Part shown: one piece after another, positions 36,661 through 48,836 of the stretch
Numbering within the stretch: position 1 is the stretch's first letter
How the letters are laid out: each line of letters begins with the position of its first letter
Assembly: GCA_011109175.1 (NCBI GenBank)
Contig: RDEW01000068.1
Location: forward strand, 145,900 to 209,899
Reading direction: 5' to 3'
Origin: Dicyema japonicum
Lineage: Eukaryota > Animalia > Dicyemida
Length of the DNA: 64,000 nucleotides
Notes under the pieces: model-generated
Told to the model about the DNA's origin: nothing
Database searches by the model: none
Seen by the model: the letters and a program-made list of their open reading frames with translations, nothing else
Translations under genes and position numbers: made by a program

Positions 36661-36805
36661 TGGGCAGAGGGCTCAATTGGACAAGGCACTCTCGGAGTTG
36701 TTTCAGCAACCAGAATCGGACCTGCCTTAGGAGACTGGGGAACAAGCAAGAGAAGAAGGTTGTTGATTATTAAATATTAACTTTTTATTGTTTGTTAAAT
36801 AAAGT
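36661..36805 (+). mobile_element. 5'-truncated 3' end of the R4/Dong-like element
   Basis: Matches about 8996-9140 (GQR.Q.D.ALSELFQQPES.LP plus 3' UTR). Confidence 0.88.
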
Positions 36806-37679
36806 GAAGTAATTTTCTGATAAAAATAAATAATAAATGAGAAGGGTATACATCACCCCTCTCAAATTCCTATTCCACAAATCATCGTCTACAGAGTAGT
36901 TGCGGTGGATCCGAGAAGGCGCACAAGGAGAGGATGAGAAATCCTACTGAGGCTTTCGAGATCACTTAATTAATTTATTAAATTAACTATTGGATTTCTT
37001 GGGTTAAAAAAAACCCCTCCCACATACATTGGGTTGACGAGTGACGCCGTATCAGTGTTTCATCCTATAAAATCCTCACAAAAAAATAATTGAGAACTGG
37101 ATACACTTAATTAGGTGTTGACTTCTTACTTGGTGTATCTGGGGTTAATAATAATTGGGAATCATCAGGACTACCAATGACTCTATGGGGCTTGTGCAAG
37201 TGCCCAACACTCTCAGCTGGACAGTCGACCTCGTACATATCTGTTTGGTGTAACTAACAAAAACCACTTCGCAAATCTTTGAAACAGAGAGCTTTAATGT
37301 GGGTCACCTGTTCGTGAAAAAACATACTTAGCGAACTGATCCAACCTCTCTCCCCTACCAATCGACTACCAAATAGTCGGCTTGTTGTGAATACGGGAAG
37401 ATCACTAAGCTACTGTTCCTAGATTTATTTTACTTAAAATAGCGTACCATCCTCAAAAATGTCATTATCCTAGTATTTATTAATTTTATATGCCACCTCT
37501 ATAATAATTTACTAGTGATGTCCCCCAAAATACAAAGTTTGCCCTTTGTGTCGATCGAATAAATCATTGTCATGAGATATAAAGTTTCGGAATACCGGAT
37601 ACACTAGACTTTGTGTTCGAATCTCTGCTGACAAAAAATAGTAGCTTCGACATGACCACATTTAGAAGCAAAAAGGATA

Positions 37680-38320
37680 TTATGAACAGTCAAATATGGT
37701 CATAAACATGGTGACAAATAGGGAGGTCCCCGTCGTAGATAACCTCAGACTTGTGCTTTAATCTTTAATAATGCAACTGCCTACATAAATACGGTCGGAT
37801 CTATTGGAGGGAAGAATACATCACAGTCATAATGACGGGCAATTACTGTCAAATATATCCTGCCCACGTGGAGTTGGATGAGAGAATCCTACAATAACCA
37901 CATTAATACTTCATACACTCGCTGTCCCCCAATACAGTATATTTCATGCACATTAGGCATTTCCTGGAGGGAAAAGTAAGCATTGGTGAGGGAGTTGAAT
38001 AATAGCACGTGGTTTTCAGTACTGTGAGGAATATCGGCGTTGGGGGAACAGCTTAGAACAGCGTTAACTCTGTTTGGAAGAGGTCGATTCTTTTTGGGGA
38101 TTGATTCCCAAGTTTTCCGTCCCATTATAACAGCGTTTTGCATTCCAAACATAATCTACTTAAAATACCGTCAGGTGCCTCAGATGTCACACTCTTAAAG
38201 TATTTCAGATCTATTCTACTATATTAAAATTTTGATGAACTTGGAAAACCAAGGAATTTTCCCTTTAAATCCTATCCCGTTGTTTAAACACGTGGCAACC
38301 ACCAGACTAACCTGTCTCAT
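37680..38320 (-). CDS. DHFR: Dihydrofolate reductase
   Basis: MRQVSLVVATCLNNGIGFKGKIPW...DLKYFK...QNAVIMGRKTWESIPKKNRPLPNRVNAVLS...IGGQRVYE/...IYLT...DCDVFFP. Four introns of 21-25 nt. The exact C-terminus is uncertain (possible missing G near 37730). Confidence 0.93.
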
Positions 38321-38608
38321 TTAAATGACTAATAGTTATAATTTTTTATTTCAATTAAATAATATTTTTGATATTTTAAAATTCTCTTATTTTAACTGAT
38401 AAAAGTAATTTAAACAAATAGTAAATTCAAGATTCGCCTTTCCATTCCCAGCGGTTATGTGCTCTCAATGTCTTATGTTGCTTATGTTTTCCACGTGACA
38501 ATAATAATTCACACCAACATAATTTGTATAATATTTAAATTTTGTAATTAATAAATTATCATTTTTATAAATAATATTTAAATAATTAATAATTAAAAAG
38601 TTTAGAAC

Positions 38609-39569
38609 ATGGCAGAATTATTAGTAAACTTTGTAAAATAATTTTAAAGACATTCATCTCATTAAACGCATGTAACGAGCTAATAACATTCCCATTGGAC
38701 ACAATCAAAACAAGAATGCAAAGCAAAGTGGGGTACTCACACCCAATATCACTCTCAAAGTTCTACTCAGGCATTTCTCCTTCAATTGTTAACACTCTTA
38801 TTGGAAGTATGTTTTATATCTTCAATCAGCAATGACTCACGTCGCAATGTATGAGGTTTCCCATTCCACCCTTCTGAGCAAGGGATATAGGAAACGTGAC
38901 CCAACAGCTCAGGTTTTGTCCTCAATCTTCGCCTATTCCGTACTTTTATTGCATAATGTGAGACTACGTCCATCTTCCTCTGCCCATTGGAGGTGATCAA
39001 ACAGAACTCCCAGTTTCTGTCCATAAGGTCTACGAAATGTGCCTCGAAAATTTACAATTTACATGTCATCCACAATTTTACTTTTAGGGGATCACTGGCT
39101 TCTACCGAGGACTTATAGCCTTTGTCTATAGAGACATCACGATGGTCTCCGTCCATCTGCTGCTTTCGTATCATCTTCAGGTTGAACTTGTATCAAATTT
39201 AGAATGTCTGGAGCTTCCTTCAAGAGCGAAGAGTTGACAAGAATCAGTCAATCTGCTGTTCTGTTTTTGCCGGTTTGATTATTCTGTGACCTCTTTGTAG
39301 GATTGGTGGGTCTCTTGGTCAGTTCACCACTGGATGTGCTCAAGACCAGAAAAATGTTGATGGTAGTCAGTTTGCAATTATTCCAAGGATGACTGGAGTC
39401 CAAAATATGTAGAGGTCCGTGAAGTTGTTAAGGATTTGAATAAGAGGGGAATTCGTGGGTGTTGCAATCTCTTATGTTTAGATACTTTATTGGTACCTCA
39501 TATCGTGCTGTGATCTTCTTAGCTTATATTATTTCCTATAATTATATTTTCTATGACAAATTGAGTTAA
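38609..39569 (+). CDS. SLC25A26: Mitochondrial carrier (SLC25), S-adenosylmethionine-carrier-like
   Basis: Three Px[DE]xx[KR] signatures: FPLDTIKTRMQS, CPLEVIKQ and SPLDVLKTR. The first closely resembles SAMC/Pet8. Multiple tiny introns; subfamily is inferred. Confidence 0.72.
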
Positions 39570-40125
39570 ATTACCGTATTCTTGCAAAAGTACCATTTAA
39601 GCTCGACTTTTTATAACTCGGAAGAAGAGTGATTTGTGCCAGTTCACTGATATTGATAAGATCAACTGCTTTATATTAAAAAGTATAGTTAGCCATGTGG
39701 TTATTTGGTCGTACGGCTGAGGTGATCCTTGCACAAAATGTTTGCTTCCATTCATGATAAGTGAAAACCGACTTCTTTTTTCTCGTGAGCAACAACGAGG
39801 TAGCAGAGTCAGTAGAAACCGAAAACCCTAACTTCTGAACTAAAAGGTGTTTAAAGCACAAAGCCCATTTGGAAGGACTAGGAAATCACTATTCCCTCAA
39901 CCCTTGGTAACCACCAGGTCAATTCAATTTCCTTACAACTCAAGCACATTTGTTGCTGCAACCTTACGAGTGTTACACCGATTCTCACAAAACAAGTCAA
40001 CCTCCTCAAATATAAGCATGCAAAACACAATGCACATTTGTGCAAGCATTGATTATCAATAAAATCCTAACTACCGTGGTTAGTAATTTAAAACAATAAT
40101 ATTAACAGAACTGTATACAAATATA

Positions 40126-40860
40126 TCATATATCATCATAATATATGTCCAGCAAGTCAGATAACTGCTCAGTGTCCATTTTTATGTCCTCAGGACACTC
40201 TGGTTTCTTAGAAGGGACAGAACACTGCATGCTCTCCATTCTGTGCATATATAACAAATACTCCAACTAATAATAATTAAAGAATTTAACGTTGTCTTTT
40301 TCGCTGGTTAAGTTCAACTCGCAGTCGTTGGGGACAAACTCGTTGTTTCCAAAGAGAACATGCCCAGCGGAAATTTGACGGGAGAGCAAGTAGCTCTGAT
40401 CCTGCATTTTTCTCCAGAGAGTTTTGAGAGCTGCAAGCTGCTCAGTCATCCACTTGTGTTTAACATAAATTATGGCATTCCTGTGTCTCTTCTTTTCACG
40501 GGACTTTCTAGCAGCCTGGAATAAAAAGTAAAATACCTCATTGTTTTTGACACGTTTTTCTCGGTATTCGACGTCGTTAAATGAAAGAGTCCTAACATTT
40601 GGTTTTCTGTTATGCTTGGGTTCATACATTTCACTGTGGTCACCCGGTATAAGTAAGCTGTGCTGGTCCTGGAGTGAGTAGTTGTAGTCTGAAGGCCACA
40701 TTTTAGCAGATTGTAATGAAATGTAGTCGTTAAAGTCACAGTAGAAAGATTCGTCGTTATAAAACGATGCAGGCATGCCAGATTCATCACTTGTTTGGAA
40801 CAACAAATTGTTCAATTCGTCGTACACGTGTCCATCATTCCCAAATCCATTTGGGTCCAT
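40126..40860 (-). CDS. PAR/NFIL3-like bZIP transcription factor
   Basis: Removing a 21-nt in-frame intron gives YREKRVKNNEAARKSREKKR. A 24-nt intron extends the ORF to TGA at 40126. Confidence 0.8.
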
Positions 40861-40934
40861 TAACCTACGGTAATAATCGAATAAATAATGTTTGTTAAAT
40901 AATATCTGTTACCTTGAAATGATTTTTTTCACTG

Positions 40935-41081
40935 TGACGCAATTTATAGCTCACCATTATGCAAGAAATTGATTTATTCACGTAAAAATTACACATTCAA
41001 ATTTAAAATATAATTTCAAGATTAATTAAAATATATATTTTTTAATTATAATTCACGTCAGTAGTTTGGCGGGTGTTTGAA
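40935..41081. promoter_or_regulatory. Putative promoter of the bZIP gene with clustered bZIP-type sites and an E2F/CHR-like pair
   Basis: TGACGCAA 40935-40942, TATAAA (minus strand, about 40943-40948), TTATGCAA 40957-40964, TTCACGTAA 40977-40985, TTCACGTCA 41052-41060, TTTGGCGGG 41065-41073 and TTTGAA 41076-41081. Confidence 0.35.
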
Positions 41082-41214
41082 ATTTTCATTAATATCAGCT
41101 CCAGTTAGCCATGGTTTCCTTGAGGGGACCCGAGTAAATAAACCTTACACACCAATGACCCCCTAATAAACTCAAATTCTCACAAATAAATCAACAATTT
41201 ATTAAAACAGATCA

Positions 41215-41761
41215 TTATCCAAAAAAGTCAATTGATTTTTCGTAAAATTCAATCACGACTTGGGGACATCTGACGTTAGCCACAGAGGCGGGGATCAAGT
41301 CGACTATTACTGACTCACTCTTCCTATAAATGGGGACCACTAGGACAACCACTTCACTAGGAATATTAATATGCCGTCTATTTTCTTTACTCCAATAATC
41401 TTTTCAGGCAAAAGACCCCTGTTGAATCCAAACTCACCCAAAATCCCGTCAGGTCCAATTTTAAGGAACCGCTGAAATAAAAAGAGGTCGAACCTGTTCG
41501 TTATTGGCTAAATTCATATTCCTCTTTATTCGATCCCTCGCTCTGTAGTTCGCACTATTTACCCTCTTTCTCAGTCGTTTTTCAAATTCCTCAATTAATT
41601 TAGGAGAATACAAGTTCGTTTCACATTCCCACGTGTTTTGATCACTGTGGAATATATTGAGAGAACAACCTAGCGTATCCCTTCCATTTGATCAGATAAT
41701 ATGTAGCGCCGTCGAAAACCCCCTTGTCAAGAATACGTTCGACTTCATAAACGTCAGACAT
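41215..41761 (-). CDS. HP1: Heterochromatin protein 1 (chromodomain plus chromoshadow domain), about 157 aa
   Basis: Spliced (25, 22 and 26 nt introns): MSDVYEVERILDK...YLIKWKGYA/SDQNTWECETNL.SPKLIEEFE...GFNRGLLPEKIIG...IFLVKW/K...DLIPASVANVRCPQVVIEFYE. Missed by the ORF track. Confidence 0.93.
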
Positions 41762-42019
41762 AAACGTTGAGCAACAAATAAGAAATTTAAATATATTTTC
41801 TATATTTATTTTTTATATCATTAATGAGATTATATATTTAACGCTACTGAAACAATGTTCGTCTACAATGCCAAGACTGACCGATCTATGGGAGCAACAG
41901 ACATCTGCTTCCTAATTAATAGCTGCTGGCCTCCTTAAAGTTAGTGAGGCTGGGGTTACTTAACTAACTAATTAAATGAAAGAATTACTTTTTTTACTTT
42001 AAGTCAAAAATTTCTGGGA

Positions 42020-45000
42020 AGGTGGTGCCTCGTTTTTTCTCTGTATAACGGTTAAGAAAAATGTCTAAAAAACACTCATTATACAATTGAGAACTCAGGC
42101 TAATGACGTTCAACGTACGTGGAATATCGAAAGATTGGACAAAAAAGTACTTTGTGACGATCTCGAGAAATACAAAATATTTATTGGCTGCCTACAAGAG
42201 ACGAAAATCGAAAATGGACGCGATGAAACTACCGACTAATTCTCTCCCCAAGTGAATGTAAGCACTACGGCATGGGATTTGCCTACATGTGGATTACTTT
42301 AAAAAAACTACATCGCTATTGGAGAGTCAACGACCGAATATGTGTCCTATAAGTCAAACTAAATGAACTATGCCCGTCCAAGAGTTTATTAACTGTCATA
42401 AATGTCTATGCACCACACTGTAGACGAGTAATCAAGAACCCCGGTGAGCTCGAGGAATTCTACTCAAAACAATCAAGCACATACTCTAATAATGCTTCCT
42501 CGTCCCTTGTCTTTGTTGCGGAGATATGAATGCAAAGGCCGGAATGCGAAAAAAGCCCGAAAAATCCTCTATTGAAAGACACGGGCGCGGAAGGAGAAAT
42601 GCATCTGGAGCTTCTCTGGTGAACTTCTGCGAGGCAAAAGCCTTTTCATGTGCAAGAAGGCCTTCACGCACTCAGCTCGCACAAGACGACATGGCACGGA
42701 CAAAGAAAAAACTCTGTCGGAGAGACCGTGAATATATATAATCAAATCGACTACATTATCTGCCGAAAGTCTGATAAACACCTGATAAATGATGCACTTC
42801 CTACCAGGGAACAACAACTGACAGCGACCACAGGATCGTCATTGCAAACTTTCTGTAAAAAAGCATCTGACTGGGGAAAATACATTGAAAACGCGAAGAA
42901 GGCGAGACAAAGGCCCAATATATACTTTCAGACAGAAAAAATGTGGTTAAAGCCCACTTGTAGGGCTAAATTTCACGAACAAATCGAGACTTTTATGGAG
43001 AAAACCGCACCGGAATCATCAGTACGAACTATGTGGGATCATACAAAGCAGGTAATCTCCAAGTCGGCCAATATATGCCTTGGAGTCCGAAATCATCACG
43101 TCCTACAATTGGATCACCACCCGAACGTGCCAGATAAAAAAAGTCAAATCCGTAAGCAGAAAAATGTCAAGTTGTCTTTTTTTAGTTTATATCGCATTTT
43201 TCTGATACTACTAGCATCTTTTAATTTTTAATATTTTTTCCAATACTTGACTTTTTTCCATTTTTTAAATTTTTTCCCTTATAAATTTTCGAAATTTAGC
43301 ACAATTTTGATTTTCCCAAAGAAGGAATCTCTCGCAATCACGAATTTGACGAAAGTCAAATAAAACTGATAAATTGTGCAACGAAGCAAAACTTATTGCT
43401 AAAACGAGTCAAGAAAATCTCTTATAAATTTATTCAAATGTTTGACTAAGGGGATCCTTGGCGAACACTATTCGGAGGAGACGGGGAAATAGATCTTGAC
43501 TATTTCTTTGCAGACGCGAAATAAAGCTTAACTATCCAATGCAGACGCTTACCCCTAAGGAAGTTATTTAATCAGAGTTTATGCTTTCCAGGGATCTTTG
43601 GTAAATTTTCAAGTAAGAATCCTCCTTGACACAGAGTTAATACCTTTGTGGATGTCAATGGAGAAAAGTAGAGTCTTCACGTGTCCCGGTCTTTTTTACC
43701 GCTTATGGGCTTACGGGCTTGACTTTTTTTCGCACTCCAGAGAGCTACGGCTAAAAGCGGCAAACACGTCAGACGAGAGTATAGAAAAGAGCTTAAATCC
43801 AACAAAGGTGCAAAAACCCTAAATGACATCTTTGAAACTAACATTGATCTTGGACTTAGAAATGGATTATTAATACCCATACAAAAACCGAACAAAGCAA
43901 AAACCAGTAGAAAATCTGTGCCCGATAATACTTCTGAATTCGATACGCTAGGTGCTGGCAAACATTGCACTAAGTCGGATAAATGGTGTGGCGATCTATA
44001 CCTACCAGCAAGTCAAAGTGGGTTCCGAGAAGGGAGGTCTACGGCAGACATTGTATGGAGCCACAGATGGCGCTGCGCAACGCACCAAAGATTCAAGAGC
44101 GCAACAACCGTGTTGGGAATAGATCTCTCCAGAGCTTTCGACTCAATAAACAGACAGAAACTGATGAATGTGCTTGAGCAAATATTGGATGAATCGTCGG
44201 TTAGGATAATCAGACTACTACTTGCGAACACAAGACTATCTGTGAGGACAGAAGGAGCAACTTCCCGCAGTTTCAAAACAACGATTGGGACACCCCAGGG
44301 TGATTCCCTCTCCCCTTTACTATTCACCATATACCTTGAATCTGCACTCCGCGATCTCCGTAAATGCTATATAGGAGACATAGAAGAGACATCTTATGCG
44401 GATGATGTGGATTTTGTATCACGGGACGACCGCACTCCAACACCTACTAGAAATTGCACCTGCGAAGCTTGAGAAATAATTTCTCAGCGTAAATGTACAC
44501 AAAACTGAAATTACTGAAATCAAAAGAGAAGACGATGTTACTCATGAATGATGGAGATGTACTAATAAGCTCGGCTCTCTACTAGGAGACGATGAAGATG
44601 TAATAAGGAGGAAAACACTGGCAAATGCGGCAATGGCTAAACTGAAGAAAGAAGTAAAGGACTTGGAATTGACATCAGATGCAGGCTTTACAACGCCTTT
44701 GTGAATCCGATTCTACTGTACAACGCTGGGACATGAGGAAGTTCCTTCAACGAACTATTAAAACTGGATTCGTTCCATAGAAGGCAACTAAGAAGCTTAC
44801 TCGGAATGGAGTGGCCACGTAGAATATCAACCACTGGTATCTACAACAAGTGTATGTGTTCTTACATCAGCAAGGATGTGATAGATGCCCGGTGGAGGCT
44901 ATTTGGGCATGTATTAAGAATGAACCCGGACGCACCCGCTAACAAAGCGATGGAAGATTACTTTGACAGTTGCGACAAACCCTTCCGCGGACGACCTAGA

Positions 45001-45190
45001 TCGACACTTCCGACTGCCTAAACAAAGACCTAAATCGTGTGAGAAAAATTCTTAAGACGGGGTCGACCTGGACGAATTGAGATCACTCGCATTCGACAGA
45101 GTAAGATGGAAAAGACTAACTATAAATATTGTTTCTTTGAGTGTTGCATATAAACATTATGACTTTCGTGAAAGTGTCATAATAATAATA
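42020..45190 (+). mobile_element. RTE-like LINE, right copy (MITE at 43127-43735)
   Basis: GCLQETK, GTPQGDSLSPLLF and SYADDV; same MITE insertion site as the left copy. Confidence 0.85.
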
Positions 45191-47282
45191 AGTCAAAAAT
45201 GTGATGACATCTGATTAAAGAAATTTGGGAACAGTAGCTTAGTGTTCGTCCCGTAGCCACTACCAAACAAACTATTGGTAGTTGATTTCTTGACGATTAG
45301 AAGACGGGTCACCTTTTCTCTTGTCTTGGCAACCTCCGAGTTCTGCTTTGGGTCATGACATTAATTAAAATTTAAAGTGGTCTCATTAAAAAAGCACTCG
45401 ATAACTGAACACTCCACTTTCATTCCCCTTCAGATGATAATTAAAGGATTTTTGGACACAATTATGGCCTTTTCATGTGTCTGCGGTATAAAAACTTCAT
45501 TTCTTGTTTTTTTCCCTTTGGTCTCTAAAATCATGATCTCTTATGCCTGGATACTTTAATATAGACGACTCAAGATTCCAGCGTCGCAGTGAACCAAAAC
45601 GTTTCAACCGCGAGCGGACAAACAAAAAATCCTCTAGTAGAATCACGTACTTTTGCCCGTTTGGACCTCTCGGCCTTTTCAGTGGTGGAAACACACTCCA
45701 GGGGCACTCTCATGTAGGTGGTAAGAGACGAATTTGTCGTTCCAAGGGACGTCCCAGATAAGAGGTTTTCCGCATTCAAAGGGGAGATGGTCATCCCATC
45801 GGGTCGTCTCCCATCACACCTGCAAAGGCTGACTGGTTCGAGCAGAGAAGAGTGTCCGACAGCATCCAAAGTTCGCCTAACGACCTGATTCATGCCATGT
45901 GTCTGGGAGATCTGCTTGCATTCTTTCTGCAGGAGAGAGTGTCTAAGCCAAAACAGTCAATCTGATCTCCGCATCGACATAGATGCGGCACACAGTCTTT
46001 TAATCCGAGTCATAATGAGATCCTATTATAGACGCATTCATCTTCCATAAAAGTACCCAAAACTTCATTCGTCAACTGTGTAAATACTTCCAGCCAATAA
46101 ATTCGCAAAAGATGACACAGCTTGTGAATACTTCTCTTCTGAAAGTCCACAATTGTATATTTCGCATTTACTGCAATTTAATTCCAATCCAGCTTCTGAC
46201 AGGGTCGGAATTATCACGTCAAATTCTTGGAAAACAGTATCTAGAATTTCTCCGAGAACCGAATCATCAAGATAATACAGGTTGAGGATCTAGCGAGGAT
46301 GTTTGGTGATTTTTTTCGATTGCAAGACAGAACAGAACAATAAGTGTCCGGGATTTTTTGTACTCCAGACAGAATTCGGTTCATAAGTGATAATTGAATT
46401 CGTAAGTCAAAGTCCTCTTACGGACAAAGAAGTTAGGTCTTTAGATGACTAGGTCTCATTAACCACTGCTAGTTGGAGGAAATTCCGTGTTGCGAGGATT
46501 TTTTCATTTTGTGCAGTCTGGAAAAATAATAGTAAATAAAAGTGCGAATATGATTAACCGCAAACTCAATTGCTGAAAATAAGAACACAAGAAACCTCCA
46601 AACAAGTCTTTTGTAAGTTCTCTGCCTAAAGGTAACAATAGAGTCAGCCGCCCCGGGCAGCATGCTGTATGGGGTAGCAGATCCGAGCCATAGAGTTCAC
46701 GTTATTAAGCTATACTCACTTTTTTCGATGTTTATCATCATTGACATGATAGACTCTAGACATAGAGCGCATGGGTTTTAATCGATGGCAGCTCGCTGTG
46801 AATCAGCGCCTTTCAAGATTATATTTGATCAGCATTAAAAGAAATTCCTGACAAGTGAGGTGAAAGAAGCTGTGGTACAGACTGTTGTTGACACCAAGGA
46901 CATTGACTTTTTGTTTATTGTTCAGTGAATTTAAAGTTATTGAACCAAAACCACCGTCATAGCCAGAATGAAAAAAATCAGGTGATCTTGACCTCCCTCA
47001 ACATTCTCCGCATGCTCGGACTTGAAGGAAGTGACTCCAGAGGAACTCCTCTGGATGGTTGTCGACTAATATTAATTTTAGGATATAATTTAGGATTATA
47101 TCTGGCGCTGCCAGAGATGACATGATTGTTTAATAAATATTACGATGAAACACCTCACTCTTACTTGATCCTTTACTTCACGATTTTGTAGGTTATCTAT
47201 AAGGACATCATTATCATACACTCGCACAGGAAGCAGAAAGCTTTGGCACGCCCTTGCCCTCGGCTAATCTATAAGTTTATGA

Positions 47283-47550
47283 TAACGGTCACTGATAAAC
47301 GAATCTCTCTGTTTATTTACAAGTTTAGGATAGGGTCACTGATAAACAAATCTTTACGTGTCCTCCTGTTTATCTGCAATTTTAGGATGAGGGTCTCCAA
47401 TTGATGTATCATTTACGTGTCCCCCCGTTTATTTGCAGTTTAGGATAGGGTCTCCAATAGATGAATGATTTACGTGTCCCCGTTTATTGCAAGTTTAGGA
47501 TAGGGTCTCCAATAGATGAATATAGTGTCAATAGATGCAAATGTCGAGTC
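47283..47550. repeat. Imperfect ~55-60 bp tandem minisatellite (about 4-5 units)
   Basis: Repeated gtttat.tgca.gtttaggatagggtctccaat.gatg.at.atttacgtgtcc; single unit in the left arm at about 23455-23530. Confidence 0.8.
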
Positions 47551-47775
47551 CCCTAATAAATCCAAAAATGTATGGTTTAGTTAGTGGTCAACAAAACAAT
47601 TAAATATCAAACCTGTTGTGACAGTGCTAAAATCACAACAAATTGACGACAGGAATAAACCCCTTTGGAGAATCAGTGTCAGCTATCATAACGAATGAGT
47701 CGATTGAGGTCATTCTAATTATGCACAATTTCGTGAAATACACATGTATTGAAAGCTAATAATAAAATGTAAAGT

Positions 47776-48836
47776 TTAAATGAATTCTCGAGAATCTGAC
47801 AGACAAAGCAAGTCTCCTCTGGCATATTCTCACACTTAGTGTATGACAATTCCTCTTCTGGGGAGATCTGTTTGAATATATAAAAGTTGCTGTGAAGCCA
47901 TTCGTAGTTCACGTGCTCATCCAAACTAATTCTCCTCCTTGGTTCAATGGCCAGGCTCTTTGAAATATATTTGGCCGCTTCCTCGCTCAAATTAAGGTTA
48001 AAGTTCCCACTAATAATTTCGGTCATTAAATCGTCGGGTTTTGACTTGACAAATTGCATGTAAAAGATAATCCCAAGACTCCAGGACATGAATGAGTCGT
48101 AGTCCACAGACATATTATCGGCACATTCAGGGGGAGAGTACACTCCATCGCCTTCAAATTAGTCAAATTGACCAAACCGAGGTACAAGAAGCTGTCTGTG
48201 CTAAACCTGACATTTGTGAGGTCACATATCTTCAAAGTCGCCCTGTGAAGGTCAAATTTAAAGTCCCCAAGACTTAACCCCCTGTGTTGAAGCCCATAAT
48301 CCCTCAGTTCGGCAATAATTCTAATAATCTAAACAATGCATAATAAAATTGACACCATTTTCTGGAAATAGCAAACTTCAACCTCCGCCAGCGAGTCAAT
48401 AGCCCTGATGAAGACTTTGAGGCCAACTGTATGTCTGGCACGTTCCATAATGATAATGTAATATTCCTTGAATATGAAAAATTCAAGCATTTTGGTTGTA
48501 AAGCTGGATCCCTTCAAATGAATGTTGACGGCAATCTCCATAGGAATCTCGCCACCATTGCCCTACAAATAAGCATCAACGACAACCTCACGGTGTGTGG
48601 GCCCATTTCTGATAATTTGATCACAACCTGGGGGATTATAAATAAGGACAGACCAGTTTGCCATCACTGAGTCTGACAGCATTAAAATTAATCCCATGAC
48701 AGTCATAGTAGGAATCGTAGTCAATATCGTAGACATATCTGAGGAAATCGAGTTCATTTCTAAAATAGGGAGAGACTGCAAACCCAGAGGTGGTAGGATA
48801 CTGTCTTAAAAGAACATCAGAGGGAAGACGTATCAT
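47776..48836 (-). CDS. PIM-like protein (pseudo)kinase, right copy
   Basis: Mirror of 22174-23232; reads HRGLSLGD and YSPPEC in frame; one missing G near the C-terminus. Confidence 0.75.

Noticed and set aside
37565-37635. tRNA-like sequence (GTTCGAATC) downstream of DHFR
   Set aside because: Only a B-box-like motif; no convincing cloverleaf or A box.
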